Source of the DNA: Nitrospinota bacterium
GTDB taxonomy: Bacteria > Nitrospinota > Nitrospinia > Nitrospinales > VA-1
NCBI GenBank assembly: GCA_009873655.1
Contig: WAIB01000005.1
Coordinates: 54,689 to 118,688, forward strand
Length of the DNA: 64,000 nt
Reading direction: 5' to 3'
The position numbers were made by a program, and so were the translations under genes. The notes under the pieces are model-generated. The model made no database searches. It saw only the letters and a program-made list of their open reading frames with translations, and had not been told where the DNA came from. Below are positions 46,716 to 54,880 of this stretch, piece after piece. Within the stretch, counting starts at the first letter, position 1. Each line of letters begins with the position of its first letter.

Positions 46716-47966
46716 CTAAGGAACAAAATACAAAAACAATTCAAAAAACAGCATTGAGATCACCGCAGTAAATGGAATCGTTGTTACCCAGGAAATAATT
46801 ATCATTTTAACAATGCCCAGATTTAATGTGGGCAGACCGCGAGCCAGCCCCACCCCAATTACAGAACCCACCAGGGTATGTGTTGTAGAAATAGGAAGTC
46901 CCATTTTGGAACATATTAAAACAACGGAAGCGGCTCCAAACGTAGCACAAAATCCTCTGGAGGGAGTGATATCCGTTATATTCTCACCCACCGTGGCCAT
47001 CACACGATAACCCCAAACCATCAAACCAAAAACAATGAATCCCCCCCCAAGCCCCAGTATCCAGGTGGGCATGGCCACTTTCATTTCTACGGCACCATGT
47101 TCCAAAATCGACACCACCGCCGCCAAAGGGCCGACTGCATTTGCAACATCATTGGATCCATGGGCGAAAGCAATATAAAAGGCAGTCAATGTCTGGAGAT
47201 ATTTAAACAGGTTCTCTGTGGTACTGAACTGGTGCGCTAAATCTTTTGAATCATCATCAGGAATATAACGAACCAGGAACTTGGATAAGAAAAATCCGAA
47301 GAGCCCCGCCAGGAAAGCAACCATCAGTATTCTTGGGAATCCCAGATCCAAATGTAAATTTTTTAAGCCCTTATAAAAAATTGCAATGGAAAGAATAAAG
47401 AATACGACCGAAACCATAAAAGGCAGCAACTCTTTGGCATGGGCTAAAGGTTTCCTGGTGCTGAAAATGGCCTTGTTTATAAATTGAAATACAAGGTAGG
47501 CAAACAATCCCCCCATCACGGGAGAAACCACCCAACTCAATACCACGTTACCCATCTTTCCCCAATTGACGACATCCAATCCGCCTGCAATCAGTCCAAA
47601 ACCCAAAACCCCTCCAATAATAGAGTGGGTCGTGGAAACGGGCCAGCCCAGGAAACTGGCAATATGCAGCCATATAGCAGCCGCCAACAGGGCAGAAATC
47701 ATTCCATACACCAGTTCATAGGGAGCATCCGCAAAAAAGGTGGTGTCCAGCATCCCCTTTCGAATGGTGTCGGAAACGTGACCGCCAACAAAAAAAGCAC
47801 CCACAAACTCGGCCACGGCAGCGATTAAAATAGCCTGCTTAAAAGTCAGGCTTTTAGAACCCACGCTGGTGCCCATTGCATTGGCAACATCATTGGCACC
47901 AATATTACAGGCCATGTAAACACACGCTATGACTGCGAAAAAGAAAAGGAAGGTGTCTAAATCCAA
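46716..47966 (-). CDS. pitA: inorganic phosphate transporter, PiT family
   Basis: Track ORF of 416 aa with duplicated PiT signatures GANDVANAMGT and GSNDVANAVGP. Confidence 0.93.
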   Translation of the reverse strand: MDLDTFLFFFAVIACVYMACNIGANDVANAMGTSVGSKSLTFKQAILIAAVAEFVGAFFVGGHVSDTIRKGMLDTTFFADAPYELVYGMISALLAAAIWLHIASFLGWPVSTTHSIIGGVLGFGLIAGGLDVVNWGKMGNVVLSWVVSPVMGGLFAYLVFQFINKAIFSTRKPLAHAKELLPFMVSVVFFILSIAIFYKGLKNLHLDLGFPRILMVAFLAGLFGFFLSKFLVRYIPDDDSKDLAHQFSTTENLFKYLQTLTAFYIAFAHGSNDVANAVGPLAAVVSILEHGAVEMKVAMPTWILGLGGGFIVFGLMVWGYRVMATVGENITDITPSRGFCATFGAASVVLICSKMGLPISTTHTLVGSVIGVGLARGLPTLNLGIVKMIIISWVTTIPFTAVISMLFFELFLYFVP

Positions 47967-48004
47967 ACCGGGCTCCTTAGCCTGGGAAAAAACGGGGAAT
48001 TAAA

Positions 48005-48682
48005 TTATTGAGAAAGGAATATCCTTAAGGTTTTACCAATTTGCTCTGTTTTATCTGCAACGGCGCCCAGCTTTTTGATCACTTCGTTCCAGAGAAGTAA
48101 ATCAGCGGCATCTATCTGGTTTCCCAACGAAAAAAGTTTTTGTGCCAGTTGAAACTGTTTGCGGTCAGCCTCCCATTCCAAGGTTCCTAAGACCTGGGTG
48201 GCCTTTTCTACTTTTTCTGCTTCGGCTCCTCCAAAGGAGGACTCTAATAACGCCTCCAGTTCCAAAATCAAATCACAACCCGCATAGGCTGTCTTTATCA
48301 CATGCTCTACCAGTTCCTGGAGAGAGTCATGAATCGATTCCGGCGCACTGAGGTTTTTAATCCTTAAAAGAACTGCAAGATCTTCTACCGCATCGGCAAT
48401 ATCATCCTGAGCGGATAACAGGTGCATGAAATCCTTCTTATCAACAGGAAGGAAAACCGTTTGTTTCATGTGAGTGCGGATATCATCCTTGATCATGTCC
48501 GCTTCATGTTCCATCTTCATGATCAATTCAGAAATTTTTCCGACCTCATCATAATCACCTCTATGAAGGGCCTTGAACATGGGGTCAATCTGATCCACAC
48601 ACGCACGCACTTTATCCATATGGGACCCCAAAGGTTTGAAAGGGGATTTTGAAAACATGGATAGAATGGATCTCATGGACAC
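48005..48682 (-). CDS. DUF47 / PhoU-like phosphate-transport accessory protein (TIGR00153-type)
   Basis: Track ORF of 225 aa. It is helical, begins FSKSPFKPLGSHMDKV and has EHEADMIKDDIR. It sits directly upstream of the PiT gene, which is the usual pairing. Confidence 0.85.
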   Translation of the reverse strand: MSMRSILSMFSKSPFKPLGSHMDKVRACVDQIDPMFKALHRGDYDEVGKISELIMKMEHEADMIKDDIRTHMKQTVFLPVDKKDFMHLLSAQDDIADAVEDLAVLLRIKNLSAPESIHDSLQELVEHVIKTAYAGCDLILELEALLESSFGGAEAEKVEKATQVLGTLEWEADRKQFQLAQKLFSLGNQIDAADLLLWNEVIKKLGAVADKTEQIGKTLRIFLSQ

Positions 48683-48859
48683 CTCAAATGAAAAATTTGC
48701 AAGCAGGCTGAAGTTATTCTATTTAACCCCAAATTGCAAGTTGGATCGGTAGCAAATTCGAAAGAATTACCAGCAAAATTCAAGGCGCAAAATAACTCAT
48801 ATTTAACAAAGAGTTATATAGGGGGGATTTGCGTTCACCCGGTCTTGAAAAAAAATATT

Positions 48860-49579
48860 TTACCTCCCCATGATGGCAAACCAGTCCTCCAGACGGTGGA
48901 TTTGCAAATAAGAATTGGATCGGCGAACCTCTCCCATCTCTCCCGAAGGACTCCCGCCGTAGTTATGACCGGGATACAAAATAATATGGTCCTCAATTTT
49001 GGATAACCGCCTCGTTAATGTATGGAATAAGTCTTCGCTGTTTCCTCCCGGCAAATCCACCCTGCCACATCCCTGCAGGAACAAGGTATCACCTGCAACC
49101 AGGCTGTCCGCAACACGAAAACATTGGGAACCGGGAGTATGCCCGGGAGTATGAAGGCATTTAATATCGATGGAACCTACTTTAACAATGTCCTCTCCAT
49201 CCATTTGCTTCATGTCCGACATGGAAATCTCGGTGATCTGTTTGAGTCCATCTGCTTCATGCTTGTTCACATAAACCGGCACCGGGTGTTTTTCCATCAT
49301 TTCCGCAAGTCCCATAATTTCCATTCCAAAAATTTCTCCACCGACATGATCGGGGTGATAATGAGTGACCAGTGCCCCCGTCAGTTTCATATCATCATCT
49401 TCGACGACTTTAAGAATACCGTCGATATCCCATGCCGGGTCCACCACCACACATTCACGGGTTTGAGTGTCGCCAATCAGGTAGACAAAGTTTGCCATGG
49501 ATCGGGCAGAGGGATCGCTCACCCCCATATCAATTCCCGACAGCAATTGTTTAAAATAAATTGAGTTTGTATCTGACAA
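48860..49579 (-). CDS. MBL-fold metallo-hydrolase (glyoxalase II / ETHE1-like)
   Basis: Track ORF of 239 aa with VTHYHPDHVGG, TPGHTPGS and GDTLFLQGCGR. Confidence 0.85.
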   Translation of the reverse strand: MSDTNSIYFKQLLSGIDMGVSDPSARSMANFVYLIGDTQTRECVVVDPAWDIDGILKVVEDDDMKLTGALVTHYHPDHVGGEIFGMEIMGLAEMMEKHPVPVYVNKHEADGLKQITEISMSDMKQMDGEDIVKVGSIDIKCLHTPGHTPGSQCFRVADSLVAGDTLFLQGCGRVDLPGGNSEDLFHTLTRRLSKIEDHIILYPGHNYGGSPSGEMGEVRRSNSYLQIHRLEDWFAIMGR

Positions 49580-49591
49580 GAAATCCCCCTT

Positions 49592-50443
49592 TTATTTTTC
49601 AGAATTGAATAATTGATTTAACAGGCCTGCCAGTCGAATCCCCGCCTGTACCATACGCTGGTTGAGGACTTCTCTCCCTCTTTCAATATACTCTTTGGAT
49701 AAATTGCCATCGTCTAAAGGATAAGCATATTTTAAAGCCAAAGACCGGGATTCATTCGCCCATTGATTGATTTTCGCAGACTGCCATTCCGACTTTTCGG
49801 TATCCACCACCCGCAAGTTCAGACGGGCAGCATATTCTACCAGACTTTCTTTATTCCAATTGATGAGGCCGCCATCCCATAAATAATGCAGACTCACATT
49901 TTTACCTGAATAAAAAAGTCGAATTCTCCCTCCACCCCGGTCTTTAAGGTTTCCCAGGTGCAATGGCTGGTGCACATCTCCTACAAAATGCACCAGAAAT
50001 TTTAACGCGTCTCTCCTCTCACCGAATGAAGCGTGAATATCGGCAACCCTTTTTGAAAAAGTTTTTATCTTTTCGACGACGCAATTGCTCTCCGGACAAT
50101 CCCTTTCCCGGACATAAGTCCATTCGCCTTCTTTAATATTCGTATAATGCCAGGGCTTTTCGTATGCCCTTTTTTTCCGGGTGATGTCCGCCCAGATTGC
50201 CACATCGGCAAGATTGTTTATGTTAAACTCTCTGACGATATGTTTTTTTGTTTCAGGGGAAAGGTTAAGCTCGGCAATATGCGCGATCACCTTGTGTCCC
50301 TGTGGCCCCCAGGAAAACACAGGGTTTGCAAAAAGAAAAACGGCAACCAGAACCGTTCCGATAAAAAAAGAAGCCGGGGTTTTTCTTCTTAACATTTTCC
50401 ATCCCATTTCATACAGGTGAGCCAACTGAAGTCTTTTTACCAC
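49592..50443 (-). CDS. S1/P1 nuclease family protein
   Basis: Track ORF of 283 aa with a signal peptide followed by WGPQGHKVIAHIA and HFVGDVHQPLH. The likely true start is the internal MLRRK (about 50395), which removes the overlap with plsC. Confidence 0.85.
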   Translation of the reverse strand: MVKRLQLAHLYEMGWKMLRRKTPASFFIGTVLVAVFLFANPVFSWGPQGHKVIAHIAELNLSPETKKHIVREFNINNLADVAIWADITRKKRAYEKPWHYTNIKEGEWTYVRERDCPESNCVVEKIKTFSKRVADIHASFGERRDALKFLVHFVGDVHQPLHLGNLKDRGGGRIRLFYSGKNVSLHYLWDGGLINWNKESLVEYAARLNLRVVDTEKSEWQSAKINQWANESRSLALKYAYPLDDGNLSKEYIERGREVLNQRMVQAGIRLAGLLNQLFNSEK

Positions 50444-51154
50444 ACCGTTAAATTCTGGACACTCATTATTTCACTTTCCATTTTACTGGGCACCGCCTCT
50501 GTCATTGCCCGCCTGTTCGATGGTTCCGGAAACAGTTCCCACAATATCGCACGGCTCTGGTGCCGGCTGCTCTGCCAGTTAAATGGAGTGAAGGTGGAAA
50601 TAAAGGGAATTGAGAATCTATTGACCGACCGGCCGCAGATTTTCGTTTCCAACCACCAGGGTTATTTCGATATTTTCGCCCTGTCCGGGTATTTGCCGGT
50701 TCAAATCAGATGGGTTGCGAAATCCAGCCTATTTAAAATCCCTTTTATGGGATGGGCGATGACCGCCGCGGGCTACATCCCTGTTGAAAGGGGAGACCGT
50801 AAAAAATCGTACCAGGCATTCATTCAAACCGTGGAGAAAATAAAGGAAGGAAACTCCATCATTATTTTTCCGGAAGGAACCCGGTCAGAAGACGGAACCA
50901 TAGGGCCGTTTAAAAAGGGAAGCAACCTGATTGCCAGCCGTTCCAACAGTCCCATGATACCCGTAACCATTATTGGAAGTGGCGATATTATTAAGAAAGG
51001 AAGTGCCATCATCCACCCCGGCAAAGTTCAAATCATCCTTTCGCCCACCGTCACAACCCATCTTGAAAAAAAAGACGATGGCGAAATACTGAACTCCATT
51101 CGCGAAACCATCCTGGAAAACCAGCGGCTTGCCGCCGCCGGCAAGGAATGTTAA
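50417..51154 (+). CDS. plsC: 1-acyl-sn-glycerol-3-phosphate acyltransferase
   Basis: Track ORF of 245 aa with the HX4D motif NHQGYFD and FPEGTRS. Confidence 0.9.
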   Translation: MSQLKSFYHTVKFWTLIISLSILLGTASVIARLFDGSGNSSHNIARLWCRLLCQLNGVKVEIKGIENLLTDRPQIFVSNHQGYFDIFALSGYLPVQIRWVAKSSLFKIPFMGWAMTAAGYIPVERGDRKKSYQAFIQTVEKIKEGNSIIIFPEGTRSEDGTIGPFKKGSNLIASRSNSPMIPVTIIGSGDIIKKGSAIIHPGKVQIILSPTVTTHLEKKDDGEILNSIRETILENQRLAAAGKEC

Positions 51155-51214
51155 ATCCAAAATCAATAACCAGCCTGCCACCGGCTGGTTACTGCATCTG
51201 TATATCTTCTAAGG

Positions 51215-51766
51215 CTACTTTTTTTCTTTCTGGATGAATTCCCAGATGTCAGCGGGATGGTCGCGCAGGTCTTCGGGGTTTCGCCAGATGGCGCGGATCA
51301 TTCCTGTTTTGTCTATCACAAAAGTCGTGCGCTCGATGTATTTGACCATTTGCCCGAGGTCCTCTTCTTCTTTAATGACCCCGTAAAGCTCTGTCACTTT
51401 TTTGTGTTCATCGGCAAGAAGGGTGAACCCGAACTGAAACACCTCGATGAACTGCTGGTGCGAATTCACCCCGTTCCAGCTGCAACCCAGGACCTCAACC
51501 TCACGGGTCTTGAATTTCCGGTTCCACTCGTTGAACCCGACCATCAGGCGGGTGTCTTCAGGACTGCTGTCCTGACGGTAAAAAGCGAGAACCACCCACT
51601 TTTTGTCTTCAAAATCCTTCAGGCTTACCTTTACTTTTTCTTCAGCAGAGGGGCTGGACGCACCTGCCTTGTACCCATAACAGGCCGGCAGTTCAAAATT
51701 AGGCGCACGATCCCCTACCTCCAGTTCATCTGGCATGGAAAATATCCTTTTTTTGATAAGCAACAC
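51215..51766 (-). CDS. PrxQ/BCP-like thioredoxin-fold protein lacking the peroxidatic cysteine
   Basis: Track ORF of 183 aa; the start is probably MPDELEV at about 51736. GDRAPNFELP...VVLAFYRQDSSPEDTRLMVGF aligns with the BCP motif FYPKxxTPGCTxxAC, with Cys replaced by Asp and the resolving Cys replaced by Val. The conserved RTTFVID Arg is retained. Confidence 0.75.
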   Translation of the reverse strand: MLLIKKRIFSMPDELEVGDRAPNFELPACYGYKAGASSPSAEEKVKVSLKDFEDKKWVVLAFYRQDSSPEDTRLMVGFNEWNRKFKTREVEVLGCSWNGVNSHQQFIEVFQFGFTLLADEHKKVTELYGVIKEEEDLGQMVKYIERTTFVIDKTGMIRAIWRNPEDLRDHPADIWEFIQKEKK

Positions 51767-51857
51767 TTTACAATGAATTATGCGATACTTCCTGTTATCT
51801 AATATAAAGGCGTTGCTTGCATTTAAATTACCGGATCTATAAATCTTTTAAGATATA

Positions 51858-52184
51858 TTAATCACCGAACGCCGCTTTGAGTAGTGGCTCCACTTCACCT
51901 TTTGCTTCCATTTCATCAAGAATATCTGTATCACCATAAAATTTTCCATCAATAAAAACTTTTGGCAAGGTTGGCCAATTGGTCATTTTTGTAAGAGCCT
52001 CACGTTTGGTTGGATCTGAGAGCGCATTGACGACTTCAAATGGGTACCCATATTTATTGAAAAATTGAATTGTTTCGACAGTAAAACCACATTGCGGTGC
52101 TTCTTTAGTGCCTTTCCCATAAATAATAATTTTATGTGCTGCGATTTCTTCTTTTATTTGATCTTCCAATTCTGACATTACCAA
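51858..52184 (-). CDS. grxD: monothiol glutaredoxin (Grx4 family)
   Basis: Track ORF of 108 aa with active site CGFT (usually CGFS), WPTLPKVFIDGKF and GDTDI. Confidence 0.9.
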   Translation of the reverse strand: MVMSELEDQIKEEIAAHKIIIYGKGTKEAPQCGFTVETIQFFNKYGYPFEVVNALSDPTKREALTKMTNWPTLPKVFIDGKFYGDTDILDEMEAKGEVEPLLKAAFGD

Positions 52185-52234
52185 CTCCTTAGAAAAAATT
52201 TAAATTTAAAAATGATGTTTAAAACAACCCAAAA

Positions 52235-52465
52235 CTAGGGGGTTGCCGTTTTTATTTCAGCAGCATGAATTCTCCCATCCTGCATGGCGGGGTTGAGAGC
52301 ATCCTGAACTTTGCGGTGTCGATCCATTATTCCCAGTTCTTCAAATGCAGCTGAGGTGACGTGAATTATAAAATGGTCACTCATTCCGGTTTTATCCAAA
52401 ACATTTACCTCTGCATCCGGAACGGCGGTTTTAACTAAATCAATCAAATCTGGAATACTAATCAT
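52235..52465 (-). CDS. bolA: BolA family protein
   Basis: Track ORF of 76 aa with DHFIIHVTSAAFEELGIMDRHRKVQDAL and IHAAEIKT. Confidence 0.85.
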   Translation of the reverse strand: MISIPDLIDLVKTAVPDAEVNVLDKTGMSDHFIIHVTSAAFEELGIMDRHRKVQDALNPAMQDGRIHAAEIKTATP

Positions 52466-52663
52466 CTATTTCCCTTTAAAAAATAATGGTTAAACCAGTT
52501 AACTGTAACTATTTGATTCTAATTCTATCAAAAGGATTTAACGTTTTGCCTTTGTTTTTTCAATATAATACAATAAATTCCGCTGCAGGAGAAAGGCATA
52601 AAACCTTATAAACAAGGGCTTAACGCATTTAGGGGATTGGATTCCCCACCGGATTTTCAAGAA

Positions 52664-52693
52664 TTGACGAATTGCGGTTAATTTAAGTATAAT
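52664..52693 (+). promoter_or_regulatory. sigma70-type promoter TTGACG-N18-TATAAT
   Basis: Read directly: TTGACG (52664-52669) and TATAAT (52688-52693), about 68 nt upstream of ATG 52761. Confidence 0.4.
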
Positions 52694-52760
52694 TTAAGAA
52701 TCGTTGAGCCTTTTTACGCTATCTAATAGAAGTATAAAGAGTTAATCAAGGGAGATTTTC

Positions 52761-53102
52761 ATGACCGTAACATCCGATTTTGTAAAAATAACTCCAAAAG
52801 CCAGTGAGGAAGTCACCAAACTGGTAAAAGCAGAAAATAACCCGGAAATTGGGCTGAGACTCGCCGTGAAGGGAGGCGGATGCTCGGGTTTATCTTACGA
52901 CCTGTCGTTCACTCCCAAAGAAGAAGGCGATACGGTAATCCAGCATGACGAGTTCAACGTCTTTATGGATGCCAAGAGCATGATCTACCTGAAAGGAATG
53001 CAATTGGATTATCAGGATGGACTGCAAGGGAAAGGGTTTGTATTCGTCAACCCGAATGCCACTTCGACCTGTGGTTGCGGAGAATCATTCTCTATTACCT
53101 GA
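52761..53102 (+). CDS. A-type iron-sulfur cluster carrier (IscA/ErpA/HesB family)
   Basis: Track ORF of 113 aa with GLRLAVKGGGCSGLSY and a C-terminal CGCGESF. Confidence 0.9.
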   Translation: MTVTSDFVKITPKASEEVTKLVKAENNPEIGLRLAVKGGGCSGLSYDLSFTPKEEGDTVIQHDEFNVFMDAKSMIYLKGMQLDYQDGLQGKGFVFVNPNATSTCGCGESFSIT

Positions 53103-53179
53103 TTTCCTCTATAAACCGAATTCCAGGGCCTTCGCCAACACGGTGCGCATCCCTTGCGGATGCGTTTTTTTTTTGACCT

Positions 53180-54880
53180 ATGCAACCCGAAACGCTTGAA
53201 GAAATAAACCAGGTAAGACAGAATTGCGGTTATTTCTTTATGGATGGTTGGAGCATCCTCACCGCCAGCGGCAAAGAAACTTTTTCTTTTCTGCAAACCC
53301 AAACCACCAACGACGCTTTGCAACTGGAGGTGGGCCAGGGTCAGGCCAGTGCCATAACCGACCGACAGGCACGTTTGATCGCCAACTTTTCCCTCCACCG
53401 CATTGCCGAAAATGAAGGCTGGCTTTTGACAGAAGACTGGCAAACCCTGCACGACCATCTGGAATCCTATCATTTCCGGGAAGACGTGGCTTTCAAGAAA
53501 ATGGAACAAACTCTCTTGACTCTTCAGGGACCCAAAAGCCCCCTGCTCCTTGAAAAAATTTTTTCCTCTCTTCCCGAAAAACCCAATTCAATACTGCGAC
53601 AGGAATTCGAGGGAAAACCCTTTGGTCTCATAAAGAAATCGGTAACGGGGGAAGAGGGTTTCGTAATAGCAATGCCCCAGGAGTTAAAGGAAAAGTTCCT
53701 GGAAAAACTTTTAAACACCAATAAAGATAATCCTCCGATAAAAATCGGTGAACAGGCACGGGAAGTTCTTAGAATCGAAGCGGGGATCCCCGTCTTCGGA
53801 AAAGATATGGATGGGAAGAACATCCTTCCGGAAACCGGTCTGGAACACAGCTCCGTCAGCTATAACAAGGGTTGCTATATCGGCCAGGAAGTCATTGCGC
53901 GAATTAAAACCTATGGAGCCCCCAATTTTGCTTTAATGGGCCTGGCATTTGAAGGACCCATCTCACCTCCAATGAATGGAAATATTTTTCTTGAAGATAA
54001 AAAAATTGGAATCGTCAAAAGCTCCATCCGCTCTGCTTCTCTTGACAAGGTCATCGCCCTGGCGTACCTCCACAAAGACCACCGCAGTCCGGATGTGGAA
54101 ATGGAGGTTTCTATTGATCAGCGTCCTTTTAAAATCAAAACCTGCCTGCTCCCCTTCTACCAGGCCTCTACAAGAATGGAACATTCAAAGAGGCTCTTGA
54201 ATGAAGCCCTTCAAATTTACAAAGAGCAGGAAGACCTCGACAAACCCATAGCCATTTTGAGGGAAGCGATAGATATCTACCCGAAACATGCAGAAGCTTA
54301 TGAAGCGCTGGGGGTTTTTCTCTCGAAACAGGACAAGCTGGATGAGGCGATTGCCCTCATGAAACGCCTGGCGGAAATCAATCCCCAGGAAATCATGGCG
54401 CACACCAATTTGTCGGTTTATTACATGAAACAAGGCCGGATTGAAGACGCTGAAAATGAGAAGGCAGAAGCAACCGCGCTGCAGTTCGAGCAGGCGGTAG
54501 AAAAAAACATGGCAAAAAAATTAAAGAAAAAAGCGGAAGAGCAAAAGAAAAAAGAAATGGAAGAAAAGATCGAAATGTTCAAAAAGGTTTTGGAAATCGA
54601 TCCTGTAGACCAGGTGGCCAATTTCGGATTAGGGTCCATATATCTTGAGACAGGGCGTTACGAAGAGGGCATTGGCCCCCTGACCACCGTTGTCGAAAAA
54701 TTCAAAGACTATTCAGCCGCCTACCTGTTACTGGGAAAGACCCTGGAGAAATTATCAGAAAACGAAAAAGCCATTGACGTCTATAAAAAAGGGATTGCCG
54801 CGGCCTCAAAAAAAGGCGACCTCATGCCTCTCAAAGACATGCAGAACAGAATGAATCAGCTATTACACTCTTCGCCCTGA
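53180..54880 (+). CDS. ygfZ: YgfZ-type folate-binding protein (GcvT-like fold) fused to a C-terminal TPR / charged coiled-coil region
   Basis: Track ORF of 566 aa. The N-terminal roughly 330 aa carry the YgfZ signature KGCYIGQEV. The C-terminal roughly 230 aa contain TPR-like repeats (AEAYEALGVFLSKQDKLDEAIALMKRLAEINP...) and a KKKAEEQKKKEMEEK stretch. Confidence 0.8.
   Translation: MQPETLEEINQVRQNCGYFFMDGWSILTASGKETFSFLQTQTTNDALQLEVGQGQASAITDRQARLIANFSLHRIAENEGWLLTEDWQTLHDHLESYHFREDVAFKKMEQTLLTLQGPKSPLLLEKIFSSLPEKPNSILRQEFEGKPFGLIKKSVTGEEGFVIAMPQELKEKFLEKLLNTNKDNPPIKIGEQAREVLRIEAGIPVFGKDMDGKNILPETGLEHSSVSYNKGCYIGQEVIARIKTYGAPNFALMGLAFEGPISPPMNGNIFLEDKKIGIVKSSIRSASLDKVIALAYLHKDHRSPDVEMEVSIDQRPFKIKTCLLPFYQASTRMEHSKRLLNEALQIYKEQEDLDKPIAILREAIDIYPKHAEAYEALGVFLSKQDKLDEAIALMKRLAEINPQEIMAHTNLSVYYMKQGRIEDAENEKAEATALQFEQAVEKNMAKKLKKKAEEQKKKEMEEKIEMFKKVLEIDPVDQVANFGLGSIYLETGRYEEGIGPLTTVVEKFKDYSAAYLLLGKTLEKLSENEKAIDVYKKGIAAASKKGDLMPLKDMQNRMNQLLHSSP

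Noticed and set aside
51257-51802. A 181-aa plus-strand ORF spanning almost exactly the same interval as the minus-strand PrxQ-like gene. Similar long antisense ORFs occur at 60115..60840, 30435..31100, 14691..15314, 53012..53509 and 59122..59631.
   Set aside because: The opposite-strand partners have clear family motifs, while these translate to low-complexity sequence with no recognisable motif. This is the typical shadow-ORF behaviour of antisense frames.
54856-54880. A 25-nt convergent overlap between the 3' ends of the ygfZ fusion gene and the 572-aa gene.
   Set aside because: Short convergent overlaps occur by chance. No hairpin or other structure was seen there that would suggest a functional antisense interaction.
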